Shown: positions 25,661 through 38,746 of the stretch, piece after piece
Layout of the letters: every line of letters starts with the position of its first letter
How positions within the stretch are numbered: the stretch's first letter is position 1
Assembly: GCA_030295235.1 (NCBI GenBank)
Contig: AP026155.1
Span: 186,001 to 250,000, forward strand
Direction: 5' to 3'
DNA length: 64,000 nt
DNA from: Fistulifera solaris
Taxonomy: Eukaryota
Made by a program: the position numbers and the translations under genes
Notes under the pieces: generated by a model
The model's input: only the letters and a program-made list of their open reading frames with translations
Databases searched by the model: none
Told to the model about the DNA's origin: nothing

Positions 25661-26136
25661 TCTTTCTACGACACAATTTCTCCGCTTATAAGTCTCTCAC
25701 TCTTCTCAAAAGGCGGATGAATTTATTGCTCTAACTTTTATCAGACTTCTACAGTGTCTTTCAAAAGAAATGTTTGATCATTATAATCTTTACAAGAAAT
25801 TGTTTCGCACCATTGTCACGACGATGAAGGCGCGGTGTCAGTTTGAAAAAGTAAAAGTGCGTGCGCCGTCGGCGCGGGTGAAGGACAAACCGCCGCGAAA
25901 AAGAACTGTCCCGTATAATTTGAGTCATGTTTTGCTTCTAAGGAGACCTCCGCTAGCTTGGAGGGCACGAAGAAACAAAGCATCTGTACAACGCAAAGGT
26001 TCATAAATATAGCCACTATTAAAACGATGTCATTCTGTTTTCTGTTTTGTTGTGAGTTAGACGCCGAAAACTCAGGACAACCTACATTGTGACTAGGCAG
26101 AGTGATTTAACTTTATGTTGATAAATGAGAGTTCAT

Positions 26137-27673
26137 CTACGAAGATTCTGAATCGCTGTCAGGCTTGCTCGGTCGACGGGGCCGCGGAGCAATTTTCTTC
26201 TTGAAACCTTCATTAATGAATTTTTGCATTTTAGCCACATTCACCATTCTGCCGCTGGCCGACCACGGCAGCAGATCGACATCCTCGACACGAACGCCGG
26301 AGGAAGCAGACATGCCTGCTACTCGCTGCTTCATGTCATCTTTGGATGGCATAGCCATTCGAGTGTACCACCCATAGGCGCGTTCTCGGCGGGCATTCTC
26401 TGACATGTCCAAGCCAGCACCGCCGTTGATTTTACTCTCGAATTCCTTCATTTTCTTCGTATCCGATTCGCGCTCTTTTGCTTGTTCTTTGGCGCGTATA
26501 CGCTCGCGTACCTTCGCCAGTCTCATTTCGCGCTTGTCCCTTAATACAGCCATCTCGGAACGAGGTCTTTTCGGAAAGTCTTTGTAGTTTTTGCTTTCAT
26601 CCTCGATGCTGATATGTCCGATCACAGTATCGTCAATATCATCCATGGAACTTAACAGATCTTTATTCATTCCGTGAATAATGTTTTCACATGATTTGAG
26701 GCTATGCTGCGAAGAGTTTAACTCGTCACGTCGTTTTTTCACTTCGTCTTCCACATGTTTAATCATTAGTTGAGAGTGAGCAAGACTGGGTTCATTTGAT
26801 ACTATTTTGGTTGACTCTTTTCAGGAGACAGTTCCACAGGTTTGGAAAAGAACCGTTTGTATGCAGCTTCGCTTATACCAGGAGGAGCAAGTTCTTTCGA
26901 GTCTTTGCTCGACTGCTTTGAAGACGACTTTTTTGTTGTCGGCTTTGGCTCACTCTCTTCAGAAGAATCGGAATCGGTCTCGTTTACTATGATCTTCTTG
27001 GTTGCCTGTTTTACAGCGGGCTTTTTCGTGTCATTCGATCGACTCTTGCTGTGAGAACCGTTTATGCTGGGTTTATCTACTGAGGGCTGTTTCTTTCCGA
27101 CTTTCCTGGAGTCTTTTTCATCGCCGACTTCGTTTTCGGTTCACTTTCGTCAGAAGAGTCGTCCGAGTCCGACTCCTCTACTACAGTCTTCTTTGATGCT
27201 AATCTTGCCGCAGGTTTCTTCGCAGCCGACTTAACGTGTCGGTTGCTGTCGTCGGAGGAATCGCACTTGATTGCAGGCTTCTTCAACGCCGGTTTCTTCA
27301 TCGTAGACTTTACTTTTCGCTCACTTTCGTCAGAAGAATCTTCCGAATCCGACACTTTTGCTGCCATCTTCTTCATTGCCGACTTTAATTTCGGTTTGCT
27401 CTCCTCGGATGATTCACTTGAGTCGGATTCAAAACTATCCGAAGAAGCGGAAGACTCGGACTCTAAAGTGACCTTTCCCTTCTTGTTGTTAAATGAGGAT
27501 TCCTCCGATGTGACGTCCGTCGAATCTTCATTGCTTGACGATGAGTCTTCAGAAGAGGAAACTTCATCAGACCACCGACCAGAGTCATCTTTGAAGTCTT
27601 CGACTTCGAGCGAAGAGACGGTGTCTTCATCGGAGTCTGTATCGGATCCTGACGACGACGACGACGAGGACAT
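26137..27673 (-). CDS. S/D/E/K-rich low-complexity protein with a conserved C-terminal domain (paralog A); frameshifted
   Basis: Starts MSSSSSSSGSD with SDDSSDESExKxKSAMKK-type repeats. The C-terminal part has LNSSQHSLKS, RLAKVRERIR, ERAYGWYTRMAMPSK and DVDLLPW, shared with the neighbouring gene. Confidence 0.65.
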
Positions 27674-28087
27674 AACGAAAACAAGCTCTTGCAAATAACA
27701 GAATAATTTTTTCCGAGCGGCCTTCTCGCTACCAAATTAATTGATCAACAATTTGAGCTCTTTGTTTCCTTTTTCAAACTATTGGATTGCAGCTGATGAT
27801 AACTGTATCATCGCAGTTAATTCAGCGCGAAAGGTGCGAGAAGCGAGACGCAAAGTTTTTTTACAGCCTCCACAAAGGACATAAGACAGAAGCAGTTATC
27901 AGTTACAGTTTATTGCGGTGTGAGCAAAAGGCATCGAGACATCGTACTACGGTAGTCTAAGTCAGGGTCATCAGTCATAATTAATACTAGGTAAAGTGTA
28001 CAGCCCGTTGAAGCTGGCTACCAGTACGACGAATGGTAAATTTTCTTGAGAACAAAAGTCGACGTCTTCGTTCTTTTCGGTCTAACG

Positions 28088-29123
28088 TTAAACTACCTCT
28101 AAGAAACAAGAGATAACAAACGTTCCAAAGCGCCAACCTTTTAAGGCCCATCCCCAAAATGAATCGCTATCTTCGGGATCTTTTGCCTTCGTCGAACGAA
28201 ATGACTTCTTCGTAACCGAGAGCATTTGCATCTTCCGAGGATTGAGCACTCTCTCTGTAGTGTTCCAGGGAAGAAGCTCAATATCTTTCGCTGTAACACC
28301 GGACGACGGGTGGAAAGAGAGAATCTTTTCTTTCATTTCCTCCTTTGAGGGCATGGACAAGCGTTTGTACCATTCGTAACAACGTTCACGACGTCCTGCT
28401 TCAGACATATTCAGCTCGGTGATTTGGTATTTTTTCATTTGATTCTTCTCTTCTTTAAGTCTAATGCGTTCACGAACTTGTTCAAGCCTTTGATTGCGTT
28501 TCTGCTTTTTCAGCATCAGCTCGTTGACCTCAGGAGTAGAGATCACTTTGTTCTTTTTTTTCTTCTATTCTTCCTGGTAAATTTTACTCGCATCTTTCAT
28601 CTTGATGTCGTCCACGACGAACGTATCCGTGGCAATATCATTATCCCCTTGGAGGTCGTCTTCGATCTCGTCTAAAAAGCTGCCGAGGGATTTTAAACTG
28701 TGCTGTGAGAAATTGAGATCGCTCAAGCTCTTTGTCATAAGATCGTAATGCTGCTTCAGCAAGTGGTCTGTGCTATGAAGGTCAAAATTGTGGTCCTTGT
28801 TCGTACAGTGGGTTATATCGAGGGCATCTCTTGCTAAATCTTTAACGCAAAAAGGCTATGAAGGCTTTGTCGCTGGTTCCTGGAGGTAATGCTTCGCCAT
28901 GGACAGGCTTCTTCTTCGCAGCTGTATTTCGTGCCTTGTCAACATCGCCTTCGCTTTCTGTGTCGGTATCGGCAAAGCTACTAGTAGCGTCAGCCGAACG
29001 GTCGTCGGAGGAGTTGCAAGTCGTTCCTGTATCCTTCGATGCCTTTGCATGAGCGGGGGAACCCGTTTGCACAGGTGCACCAAATTCAACAGAACTGGAG
29101 TCGGACGAGACAGAATCAGACAT
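28088..29123 (-). CDS. Paralog B of the 26137-27673 protein; frameshifted
   Basis: LPPGTSDKAF, LNFSQHSLKS, RLEQVRERIR, ERCYEWYKRLSMPSK and DIELLPW are collinear with paralog A. Confidence 0.65.
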
Positions 29124-29665
29124 CTCTAGTGCGTTTGGTCGGCCGCTATGATTGAAATGTGTTATTGCTGCTAAAGAAGGGCCAGCGTGTCCCTTTGCCT
29201 GCATTTTATCAGCAAATTCGCGGGCTTTAGAAAAGATGGAGAGGCGGATCCTCGCAAGTGTTTGTCAACTCACGTCACATTTTTTCGTTACTTTCCCTTT
29301 TCACCGTTCTTTTCGCAGGTCATTTCGGACTTCGGACTATCTGTTGGTACTGCGCAGTCACCACTTGGACATCGTGACACATAACTGCTCCCGACTCCCG
29401 GCGCAGTTAAGGCTGCGAACGCGCCTTCCCAGTTTCCTGATTAATCAAACTGTTTTTCACACGATTCTAAAACCAAAACGCATATTTAGTGCGTAAAATC
29501 GTGAAAACTTGTCATTCCTCATCTCTTGATCATCTTTAGAGATGAAAAGGATCGCTCCAAACAATGATTTGCCACTCAAAACAAAACCGGACTGATGAAA
29601 AACATTCTGGTTGATTGAAATTGGGAGCGTCTTTATTGATCACTTGTAAAGCGAGAAAAGCGGAA

Positions 29666-31581
29666 CTACGAAGCCAGCAGATCCAGTTGCTTCTTAAGCT
29701 CGTCCATGCGAAGAGGTTTTCCAAGGCAGAAATTCATTCCACTGTCATGATATTTAGCGTCATCTGCTTTGCGGTAGTCAGCTGTCAAGCCCACTATGGC
29801 CAGCGCCTCTTTTGACCATCCATTGTTACGTATCTCTTCTGTTGCTTTTAGTCCATCCATCACTGGCATCTGAACGTCCATCAGCACCAAATCGAATTTT
29901 TCCGTTTGCACTGCTTCTACAGCCTGCACTCCATTTTCCACAATGCATGATGTGTGGCCTAGCCGTTTGAGTTGAGACATTACGAGCTTCTGATTGACTT
30001 TGTTGTCTTCGGCAACCAATATGTGCAACGCACTTCTTCCGTTTTTTGCTTCATGGAGCTCAAGTTTCTTAGTTGTTTCGCCAAAAGCTATTTCTACGGT
30101 CAATGTGAACCAAAACGTACTTCCTTTCGATAGCTCGCTATCAACGCCAATCTCGCCACCAAGTGTCTCAACAATAATTGTGCATATAGCCAATCCTAAC
30201 CCCGTGCCGCCATACGTGCGAGATATGGACGTGTCAGCCTGTTGATACTTGTCGAATATGATTTTTTGGTGCTCAGGTCGTATACCAATTCCTGTGTCTT
30301 TGACAGCGAACTTAAGTGTCATTTGACCCTCGCCGTCACCGCGAAGCTTTTGACAGACATCGAGATTTCTCCTTTATCAGTGAATTTGAGAGCATTTTGT
30401 AGAAAATTTGTCAGAACCTGTCGCAGACGGCTTGGGTCTCCGAAAACTCGCGGTATGTTTGTATCAATGTCCGAGATGAGCTTCAAACCTTTCCGCTCCG
30501 CCTGGGACTCAATCAACTTGAACGAGCTTAACGCAACTTCACACGCGTCCATGGGAATATGTTCCATTTTCACCTTGCCTGCTTCTAGTTTAGTAAAGTC
30601 CAATAAGTCATTGACCACAGCCATTAAAGACGAAGCCGACAATTCCATCAGACTGCAGTACTCCTTCTGTTGGCTATTTAGTCCGGTTCCTTTTATGAGA
30701 TCCAAGAACCCTAGCACTTGATGTAGCGGAGTGCGCATTTCGTGGGCCATGACAGCCACGAATTCAGATTTCGCCATTGATGCCTTCACTGCTTTCCGTT
30801 TTGCCTTGGCGTAAGCTTCCATATTACTTTTTGCCTCCACGAGAGTGGATATGTCACGCGCGCTATACAAAAATCACAGGTACGCCTTTCACCGGATCCA
30901 TCGTTCTTCGCAACTGAACTGCAAACCATCGTATACCAGTCTTCGTGCGTTGTTGGATTTCGTCGTTGTAGTCCTGATGTTCGTTCATGACCCTGTCTAA
31001 CACTTTTTGTCCCTCCTCTTTGTTAAGAAACCGGGCAAGCAAACTCGAGCCGGCATTCTCCTCTTCCACCTCTGCGGCATTCTCTGACTCTTCTCTACCG
31101 CCAAACACGTGAACAGCTTCCGGATTCTGATGAATGGCACGACCTTTTGCTGTGTACATTCCGACAGGGATCGGCTGATATCGTAACATTTCAACAGCTC
31201 TCATGGAATTTTTATGAACCGATTCTTGAGTTGTTGGCATTTCCGCAACAAACAAAAGCGGCTTGAGGCCATTTTCAACCTGAATTCGACTCACCGTCGT
31301 ACAGCAAGTCACAATACGGACGTCGTTCGGGTAAAAGGTCCAGGAATCACGGACGCGGTCGACTTTTTCCAATTGCGCCGAATACTCTTCCAATCTCCGT
31401 CTCGACGTACTTGACATGTTCGCAAAGATCGTTTCGTCAGGGCCTCCATCGATTCTGCATTCCATAAGTGCACCGCACTCTGGTTTGCCCAGAAGACAAA
31501 ATTCTTTTCGTAATCAAACACCCAGATTGGAAGTTCCAGCAGATCGAACGCCTCGAGATCTTCTTGTTTGTAGCATTTCAT
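29666..31581 (-). CDS. Soluble hybrid sensor histidine kinase (PAS-like, HisKA, HATPase_c, receiver); three frameshifts
   Basis: PIWVFD..FWANQSAVHLW (PAS-like), KSEFVAVMAHEMRTPL (H-box), NFLQNALKFT (N-box), DTGIGI, GGTGLGL, and receiver ILVAEDN...DLVLMDVQMPVMDG...GKP. Confidence 0.93.
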
Positions 31582-32180
31582 TTGGAAGGTTTCTTTTGTC
31601 ACAAGGAAACTGATGGCAAAGAAAGTGTTTCGATGTCTCCAAAGGGAAGATAATTTTAGCCGACGGGAAGAACCATTTCGATACGACTAGCTTATTGATT
31701 TATTGGTACCCGTAGCCCGTAGCCGGTTGTAGAGTTCGGCGTTGCAGTTGCTACGTTTCCACTGGCATTGCCCCTGCCTTTTTGCGTTGATAGTCAATGG
31801 CTACTTTTAAAAAGCGAACGGACCCCCTCAAATCCATAGTAATCTTAAAGCAAGCTGGCACAATGACCCTACCAGGTATCACCAGAGTAGCAAAAATTCC
31901 GTCTTTTCTTCTCTCTCGTTTCTTGCACGGTAGATTGTGGAACCACGTACCACGTGGCACCGTGGTCATTGATCCTAACTCAAACTCCAAACACACCTAA
32001 ACCTATAACCTTCAGCTTCAGCGCCTTGATTATCCCTATCCCTGAAAAACAACCGAGTTTCTACCTTTCGAGCGCACTAATAAGAGCTTATTTCCCAGAT
32101 ACGAAGTAGATTTGACAATTGCATTGTGAATGATAATTGCTTAAGGAAGCAAAAAGAAAGGGTACTACCATAATCTGTCC

Positions 32181-34196
32181 ATGTTTCATAAAGCAAATTC
32201 GAGTATCTTGAGCAATCCGCGCAAGGATGCTTCCAAAAAGGCTAAGGACGTTCCGCTTCGCAAGTCGGATCGCAAAAATCTTCGACTTCTCGCCGCCTCG
32301 ATGCTGAATTGTGAAGATGAAAGCATCCTGGACCTTTGCTTTCTCGATGGTTCTCTGTTTTCGCGTCAAATACAACTACCAGATGCCAAAGCGACGCTTT
32401 ATTTTCGATCTCCGGCCGCGGTAGAGGAGGAGGAGGATACAGCGTGGCCTTATCACTATCATTTTCAATGTATTTGGATTGAACTGGATTCCAAGACGTT
32501 GGTGCCTGGAAATTCTAACAAACCGGAAATAGTCCATATACCGACAGTTGCGTTACTTTCGATACTTCCTCCTGGTTCTTTGCCAGAAATTAGAATACAC
32601 CCTGAAGCTTCCAAGTTTGTGTGTCGGGGAGCTGATTTGATGAAACCGGGGATACGAGGCTGGGTACCTCCCGTCAAACAACAATCACAGGCAATGCTTG
32701 CTGTTGCAATAGCGGTGAATGGGAATTCGCAAGCTCTGGCGGTGGGTCTTTTGGCGCATGACTTGATGGAAGATTTCATGACCAACGTGAAAACGACGGG
32801 AGTAGGAGTCACGATTATAACGGCTTATGGCGATGATTTGTGGAAGAACCAATTGCCTCCGTCACTGGTCGATACTAGTAGTCTTAGCCTATTTGACGGT
32901 GGACATTACGGAAATGCTGGCTTTTTGGAAGGAAAGTTTGTGGCGCCTATCGAAATGTCAAGGACAGACGACAGTGAAGCAAGCCAAGGCTCTGTTGAAG
33001 AAAACGATGATGAGGAGAAGCGAGCAGAAGAAACGGATACAAATGTTGCGTCTAACGGAGATTGTCACAAAAAACATGACACGGATGACGAGAACGGCGA
33101 AGATGCTCAAGGCTCTCCCGACGACATTCTTCACGCGGCGGTTTGTAAAGCCTTGAGCATGCTCCAACGAGAAAAGAAGAAACCTTTGCCCATGCGTATG
33201 GCTACTTTTTATGCACAACATGTCATACCGAATCGACCAGAAGGCACTTCCATCGATCTGAAGCGCACCAAGTATAAAAAGTTTTCGGCATACGTGGCGG
33301 AGCAGGTAGCAAATGGACTCCTTTGCGTGGGTGTTTCGCAAGAAGGCACTCGAAAAGACCCAATGGGAATATTGGTTGACTTTGATGTACGACATTCAGC
33401 AATTCAGGACTTTATCGAGTTGCGTAAGGTGTCGGAAGCCAACAAGCCACCTGATGCGAAAGAGAGACGGTTGGTCCTGACAGATTTGTATTGCATACCG
33501 CATCATTTCCAAGCCTTACTTCGATTGGACGCTGATACGATGAAAGCATCTAATGCCACCAGTGATGAGCGAAGAGGGACGGGCATGCTAACTTTGAAGG
33601 AAATACGCTCAATCCTCGACGACTATATTGACCGAGAAAATCTGGTGGATCCGTCGAATCGCAACATGATCGTAGTTGATGGTCCTTTAAAAGATGCTTT
33701 GTACAAACAAAAGAAACAGTCCGTCAATGCAACGTCTGTTCCTACTCATATACCACGGAAAGATATCATCACCGCGTGGACAGCCAAAATGGAAGGTGCA
33801 TTTGCTTTGGTTGAAGTCCCTGGAAATAAAGTGATTCGTATCGGCAGAGGACAGGCTCCTTGCGTTACGATTGAAGTATCGCGGCGACAATCCAACAAGT
33901 TTGTTACTGAAGTACGTGGGTATGAGGAGTTTAGACTGGATGCCGAAACTCTTTGTCACGAAATTTCGCAAAGATTTGCATGTGCTGCGACGATCATAAA
34001 AACGCAAAGCAGTTCCAAGCGTGCGACGACTGAGCTTCTCATACAGGGAAATTTGGCACAGGAGCTCGAGGCACTGTTAACAGGAGATGCTTCGAAAACG
34101 AAACACGGTGGCGCTAAGGATTCCCCTTATTCTTTGCCGAAAAATTCCATCCAGAAAGTGCTTCGCAAAGGCGTACCGGCGAAAGGAAAAAAGTAA
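32181..34196 (+). CDS. EIF2D: Eukaryotic translation initiation factor 2D (ligatin): PUA, SWIB-like and SUI1 domains
   Basis: LRKSDRKNLR, PTVALL, FVCRGADLMKPG, YGDDLW, IDLKRTKYKKFS, YIDRENL, and SUI1-like NKFVTEVRGYE...RFACAAT...IQGN. Confidence 0.9.
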   Translation: MFHKANSSILSNPRKDASKKAKDVPLRKSDRKNLRLLAASMLNCEDESILDLCFLDGSLFSRQIQLPDAKATLYFRSPAAVEEEEDTAWPYHYHFQCIWIELDSKTLVPGNSNKPEIVHIPTVALLSILPPGSLPEIRIHPEASKFVCRGADLMKPGIRGWVPPVKQQSQAMLAVAIAVNGNSQALAVGLLAHDLMEDFMTNVKTTGVGVTIITAYGDDLWKNQLPPSLVDTSSLSLFDGGHYGNAGFLEGKFVAPIEMSRTDDSEASQGSVEENDDEEKRAEETDTNVASNGDCHKKHDTDDENGEDAQGSPDDILHAAVCKALSMLQREKKKPLPMRMATFYAQHVIPNRPEGTSIDLKRTKYKKFSAYVAEQVANGLLCVGVSQEGTRKDPMGILVDFDVRHSAIQDFIELRKVSEANKPPDAKERRLVLTDLYCIPHHFQALLRLDADTMKASNATSDERRGTGMLTLKEIRSILDDYIDRENLVDPSNRNMIVVDGPLKDALYKQKKQSVNATSVPTHIPRKDIITAWTAKMEGAFALVEVPGNKVIRIGRGQAPCVTIEVSRRQSNKFVTEVRGYEEFRLDAETLCHEISQRFACAATIIKTQSSSKRATTELLIQGNLAQELEALLTGDASKTKHGGAKDSPYSLPKNSIQKVLRKGVPAKGKK

Positions 34197-34327
34197 TAAG
34201 CAACATAGATATATACAGCGCACTTTAGACTTTAACTTTAATTTCTCATGTCGTGTCATTCATTTGCACTAGGTTCTACGCTCCCTTATTGTATGGTCAC
34301 AACACGCAATTTGTACAAAGGATCGTT

Positions 34328-35264
34328 TTAGAATTTGTAGATCTGAGATGGGCTGTATCCCATTTCGCCCAAAAGACCTGACACTTTCTCCTTATCTTCA
34401 CGCGGCCCCGTGAGTGCATTGTACATGGGAGGTGGTCCGCAGATCCAGATTTGAAACTTGGAATTATCCGATGGTTGGGGGAAGTACTTCTCGACGAGTT
34501 CTCGGTTAATGTAACCGCGCAACCCCTTCCATTCGGTACCTTCGGGTTCATCCGACAAAACATCGACCAACTCGAAGCGGTCCGGATAATCCTGGGCCCA
34601 TTTGTGCAAAAGTTCGTAGCCAAGAATATCATCCGCCACTTTACTACCATATAGCATAGTGACGCGCGGTGTCTTGGACGACTCGTCGCCCAAAATGGCA
34701 TGGAGTGCTTGAATGAACGGAGTGATGCCTGTGTCGTACGATGAAGCGAACAACGAGTTAAGAAAAAACATCTTGGTACCGTATGACATGAATCACAAGT
34801 TCTTTCTTACCCGTGCCTCCGACGAGCATGCAAATTCGGTCGTAATCAAACGGTGCCTGTGTTTTTACATTAAAGGGAATGTGTTTGAAAGCCACTTGAT
34901 CACCCACGTTGATGCGAGAGCAAAGATAGTAGGACATGGTTCCAAATTCGGGGCCGTAATCTTTGACGAGCAGATCAAAGCTACCAATCTGTTGGTTGGT
35001 GCTAAACGGCGTGTAAGGTCGCGTCACATCTTGCCCATCAATGTTGGCGTTGGCCAAAATGCAAGCACACGTACTCAAATTGAGCGGTTTGTCCTTGTCA
35101 GGAAGTCCAAAGCGGAGCACACAAGTCGTCGGTGAAACCTGGGTTCGTTCCAACAGAGGAACGGAGATGGGAGAATCACCAAATTGGCATTCACCGGGCG
35201 ACACTAAGGCTTTGACGGGTGGAGCCAAAAGGCTGGAAGGAGTTGAATATTTCGCAGTCGCCAT
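34328..35264 (-). CDS. CBR: NADH-cytochrome b5 reductase (soluble, FNR family); intron 34729-34810
   Basis: RPYTP, FDLLVKDY, GTMS, GGTG|ITPFIQ across an 82-nt intron, and CGPPPMY...GYSPSQIYKF. Confidence 0.93.
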
Positions 35265-36298
35265 GACAGTTCTACTACAAGTCGATAAAAGAGAAAAAGA
35301 GCATCCAGTTGTTGGAAAATGTGAAAAGAATAGAAAGCAAAAGGTGCTTTGTGACCAAATGGAGGAAAGATGACGGCATCGGAAACGTTCTGACGTGTTG
35401 AATGGGAATGGTCTCCGACTTCTGTCGAACATGATCGGAATAATCTTTCGTTTACGCACGTTTCGATGGACGAAAAAAAGCACGCGGACGAGGAAAAAGT
35501 GACCAAGAGCCGAACAGGCGCGTGCGTCGGGCACTCGAATCACTATGTGTCGTTCGTGTATCCATCGTACCGGTACTTAGCCCTCTACCCTCTCTTTTGT
35601 TTGCTCGGACAACTCGCCCTTTCAATAATTCAATGGCTTCTTGGTGTCATTTCACAATGGTTTACAAAGCAAGTACGCCACGGTGAGGTGCAAAGCTCAC
35701 GAACGCAGTAAGAAAGGTCGATGCAGCGATTGCGACACTTGTAAACTATGCGATCCCTAGGAAACTTGTCAACCAAAATACAATCACCCTACGTAGAAGA
35801 AGCTTCTTGGAAGGCATGCCGAAAACAAGAGACGAAAACTGTCCACAGTTTCCAAACCTTTGATCATAGTGGGCGCTGGACAACACACTGAGTCTGATAT
35901 ATCATTGTCGGATATGATTTATACAGAAAAAGCAAAAGACCAAGAGCCGGAGGATGCAATCCCAAAGGAGGAAGAGTTAACTAACAAGGAGCGGATGTTC
36001 CAGGTGTTTGACGTACTTGAAATCGACCAAAAGGTCTTGGAACGGCTTCCCAAAGCGGAATCAAACAACGCGGACGCAGAGAATCCCTTTTAGGGCCCAG
36101 CACATTGTCTCGTCATTAGTCGAACGCTTGTGCGAAGTTGTATGCCCCGGTGATGAGCAGTTTCGAGCGAAAATGGTCGATCGAAAGTGGAAGCGAACTA
36201 CCGAGAAGGCCAAAGATAGCGAGTTATTTTCTCCGGGGTCTAACAATATAACACTGTAACTAGATTCAGCGAAAGATATTAATATAATCATTTGAGGT

Positions 36299-36904
36299 TT
36301 ATTGAAAAATTCGCTCGGTCAGGGAAGCAATAAGAACACAGAGACCAATAAGCCCTGTTGCTGCAATCACTGGATTATCGCCCGAGTTCCATTTCGCATC
36401 TTTGAGAATTGGTAAGGCCGGTTCTTTCTTGATCGACTGACCCGTTAACTTCTTTTCTCGCTGAACCAACCAATCCGTAAACAGCCATCTTTCAAAGCTC
36501 CTTGACGACGAAGAGCGTCCCTCGCTACGTACAATAGCTTCTTCTGCGGAAAGCTCATCCAAATATTGCTTCACAGCTCCTCTCCGCTTCGATAGTGCTA
36601 ATTTGGTTCGACTCACGGGCACCACTTGTTCTTGCCAAACGTAGAATGCCAAACCCGAAAGTAAAACAATCGAAATCATTCCCATCATTACAGACCCATC
36701 AGGTATGACGGGTTCAAATGTCGTCTGGGCAGCGACATTTTCTATTCTTTCGCTGGCGATGAGGAGTGGCGATGTAGATGGTAGAGCAAAAGCAGAGGAT
36801 GTTCCGGTTAGAATGACCTGGGGCGAGAAGAGAAAAGCAGTTGCGGAGTGCATGGAGAGATGTAACGGAGGTGTAATTAACCTATGCAATCGGATCAAAG
36901 GCAT
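36299..36904 (-). CDS. Hypothetical membrane protein, possibly plastid-targeted
   Basis: SATA-F motif near the N-terminus, two hydrophobic helices, and FERWLFTDWL and KWNSGDNPV segments. The start codon is uncertain. Confidence 0.6.
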   Translation of the reverse strand: MPLIRLHRLITPPLHLSMHSATAFLFSPQVILTGTSSAFALPSTSPLLIASERIENVAAQTTFEPVIPDGSVMMGMISIVLLSGLAFYVWQEQVVPVSRTKLALSKRRGAVKQYLDELSAEEAIVRSEGRSSSSRSFERWLFTDWLVQREKKLTGQSIKKEPALPILKDAKWNSGDNPVIAATGLIGLCVLIASLTERIFQ

Positions 36905-37722
36905 AAAAGTTGCATTTTATAAACACGTATACCATCGTCCACCTTTTTATCTTCGACTTCCATTTTTCATAAGGGCAAAACTTCGCTGACTCACAGATTA
37001 CTAGAAGCGACAAATTTCCGACGACTGAACTAATTTTCAGTCCCGGGAATGATCCATCCGATGAAGAATCATCACCATGCGCACCCGATGGCTTCAATTC
37101 CATGTTTATGTGTGGAAGGCAAAAACTCTAATTATTCATCATGGCATCACCTATTTTGTTGTTTAAGCCTAATTTTGGCGTGAATGCCCTTCATTACATT
37201 TTTTTAAATACTTTGTATTGGGTCAAAGTTACAGCAATCGTGTAAAGTGTAGTATCAACAATATTTCCGACTCAAATGATTTTCAGTCCCGGAAGTGATC
37301 GACGCCCTCTCTAGTGCCGACACTCGATGAACCTCTATGAGATGTTATCTCCAACTCATACACGTTGAGCAACCACTTCTATTAATCATTATATCTTCAG
37401 CTGTCTAAGATTTGCACCCTTTCAGGGAGGATAGAACGAACTAGAGACGGGGCTGAAGCTACTACACGTTTTCTGTGATGGTAGAAGATACGGAGTAAGA
37501 AGTAAGTAGCCGAAAGAGGTTTACAAAGAGAAAAACAACGACTTTATATCTCCAGTAAATGAGATGGCGGTGAATGTCAAAACTAAAATTTATTTATCTT
37601 TTCTAAAATCGTAACGGTTACGCACGGCAAACATGAGAATCCTTGACAAAAAGGGTTGGCGCTTCACAAAAACGAGAAAACTGCACAAAATGCTGGGTGC
37701 GTATCCGAAAAGCATCTAAAAA

Positions 37723-38746
37723 TTACCAAAAGATGCCCTCGGAAATGAGAACGGACTCCACTGACGCCAGACTGCAGTTATCAATGCACTGAAATGTCTG
37801 TCCTTCAAATTGAGCCAAAGAATGTCCAAACACTTTCTTGGAAAGGGCCGAAGGGGTGATCAATTTGGGCGCACGGGGCAAAGGCTTTAGTACAAAATCA
37901 AGCTGACCCGATGTCCCATTCTTGAGCGAGCTCAAAGAAGCACGCGTTTTGTTCTCCGAAGCGCCTCGGGCGGATGGTGCAACATTGGTGACTATCGGGG
38001 ACTCACGTGGTGATACGCAAGCTACCACAGTTGGTGAAGAATGAGAGTAAGAACCAATAGGCTGACAATTGGTCATCCAAGTTTGCCAAGTTGCACTGAT
38101 ACTGTCGTCGTCAGACGGCGAACTCGAAACAACAGCCGCCAGCGGATTGTCCTCCTTACAAAAGGGATACGCATAAAAATCTGGATCGTCTTGTCCCCAC
38201 GGTTTGGGTTCCTGCGATGTGGCTCGAACTCGTGTACGGAGCATAATTTTGGCCAAGTCGGGACGTCCCAATAAAAATAATTCGTGATAATAGCCACCAC
38301 GGTCGATTCCATCCACCACTCGTTGAAATCCCCACAAATTGAGCTGCCTTTGGAATGAAGAAAGCTTGGAGTGCTTGAAAAATCTGATTATACAGCATAA
38401 ATAGCTCAGTGAGTTCCTTTCTTCAAAATAAACTAATTGAGTAGCGTCGTAGCGAGTAAACGTTTTCTTACCTCGGCAACACATCTGTCACAAACTTCTG
38501 AGGCGAGTGAACCATAAAACATCTTCCATGTACCTGCCAGGAAACAATATGCTCGAATCCTTCTTTCTTGGTTACCTCCAACATGGTATACAACCGAACC
38601 GGAAAGGGAACGGCAACACCGCCACGCGGCCCTTTGCATTTGTCGGGTGAAAAATTGAGGTCGGCTTTCACTTCCTGCAAGTCGACGTTCGCATAATCAC
38701 GGTAGATACCGCTAACTTCTCTTTCGTTGGTGAACATGCTCATCAT
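37723..38746 (-). CDS. HSF: Heat shock transcription factor (HSF-type DNA-binding domain); intron 38384-38471
   Basis: GPRGGVAVPFPVRLYTML...IVSWQVHGRCFMVH...VLPR|FFKHSKLSSFQRQLNLWGFQR...YYHELFLLGRPDL. Confidence 0.95.

Noticed and set aside
37031..37300. Imperfect repeat of about 23 bp (attttcagtcccgg...gatc) at about 37033 and 37279
   Set aside because: Two short copies with no associated structure are not enough to call an element.
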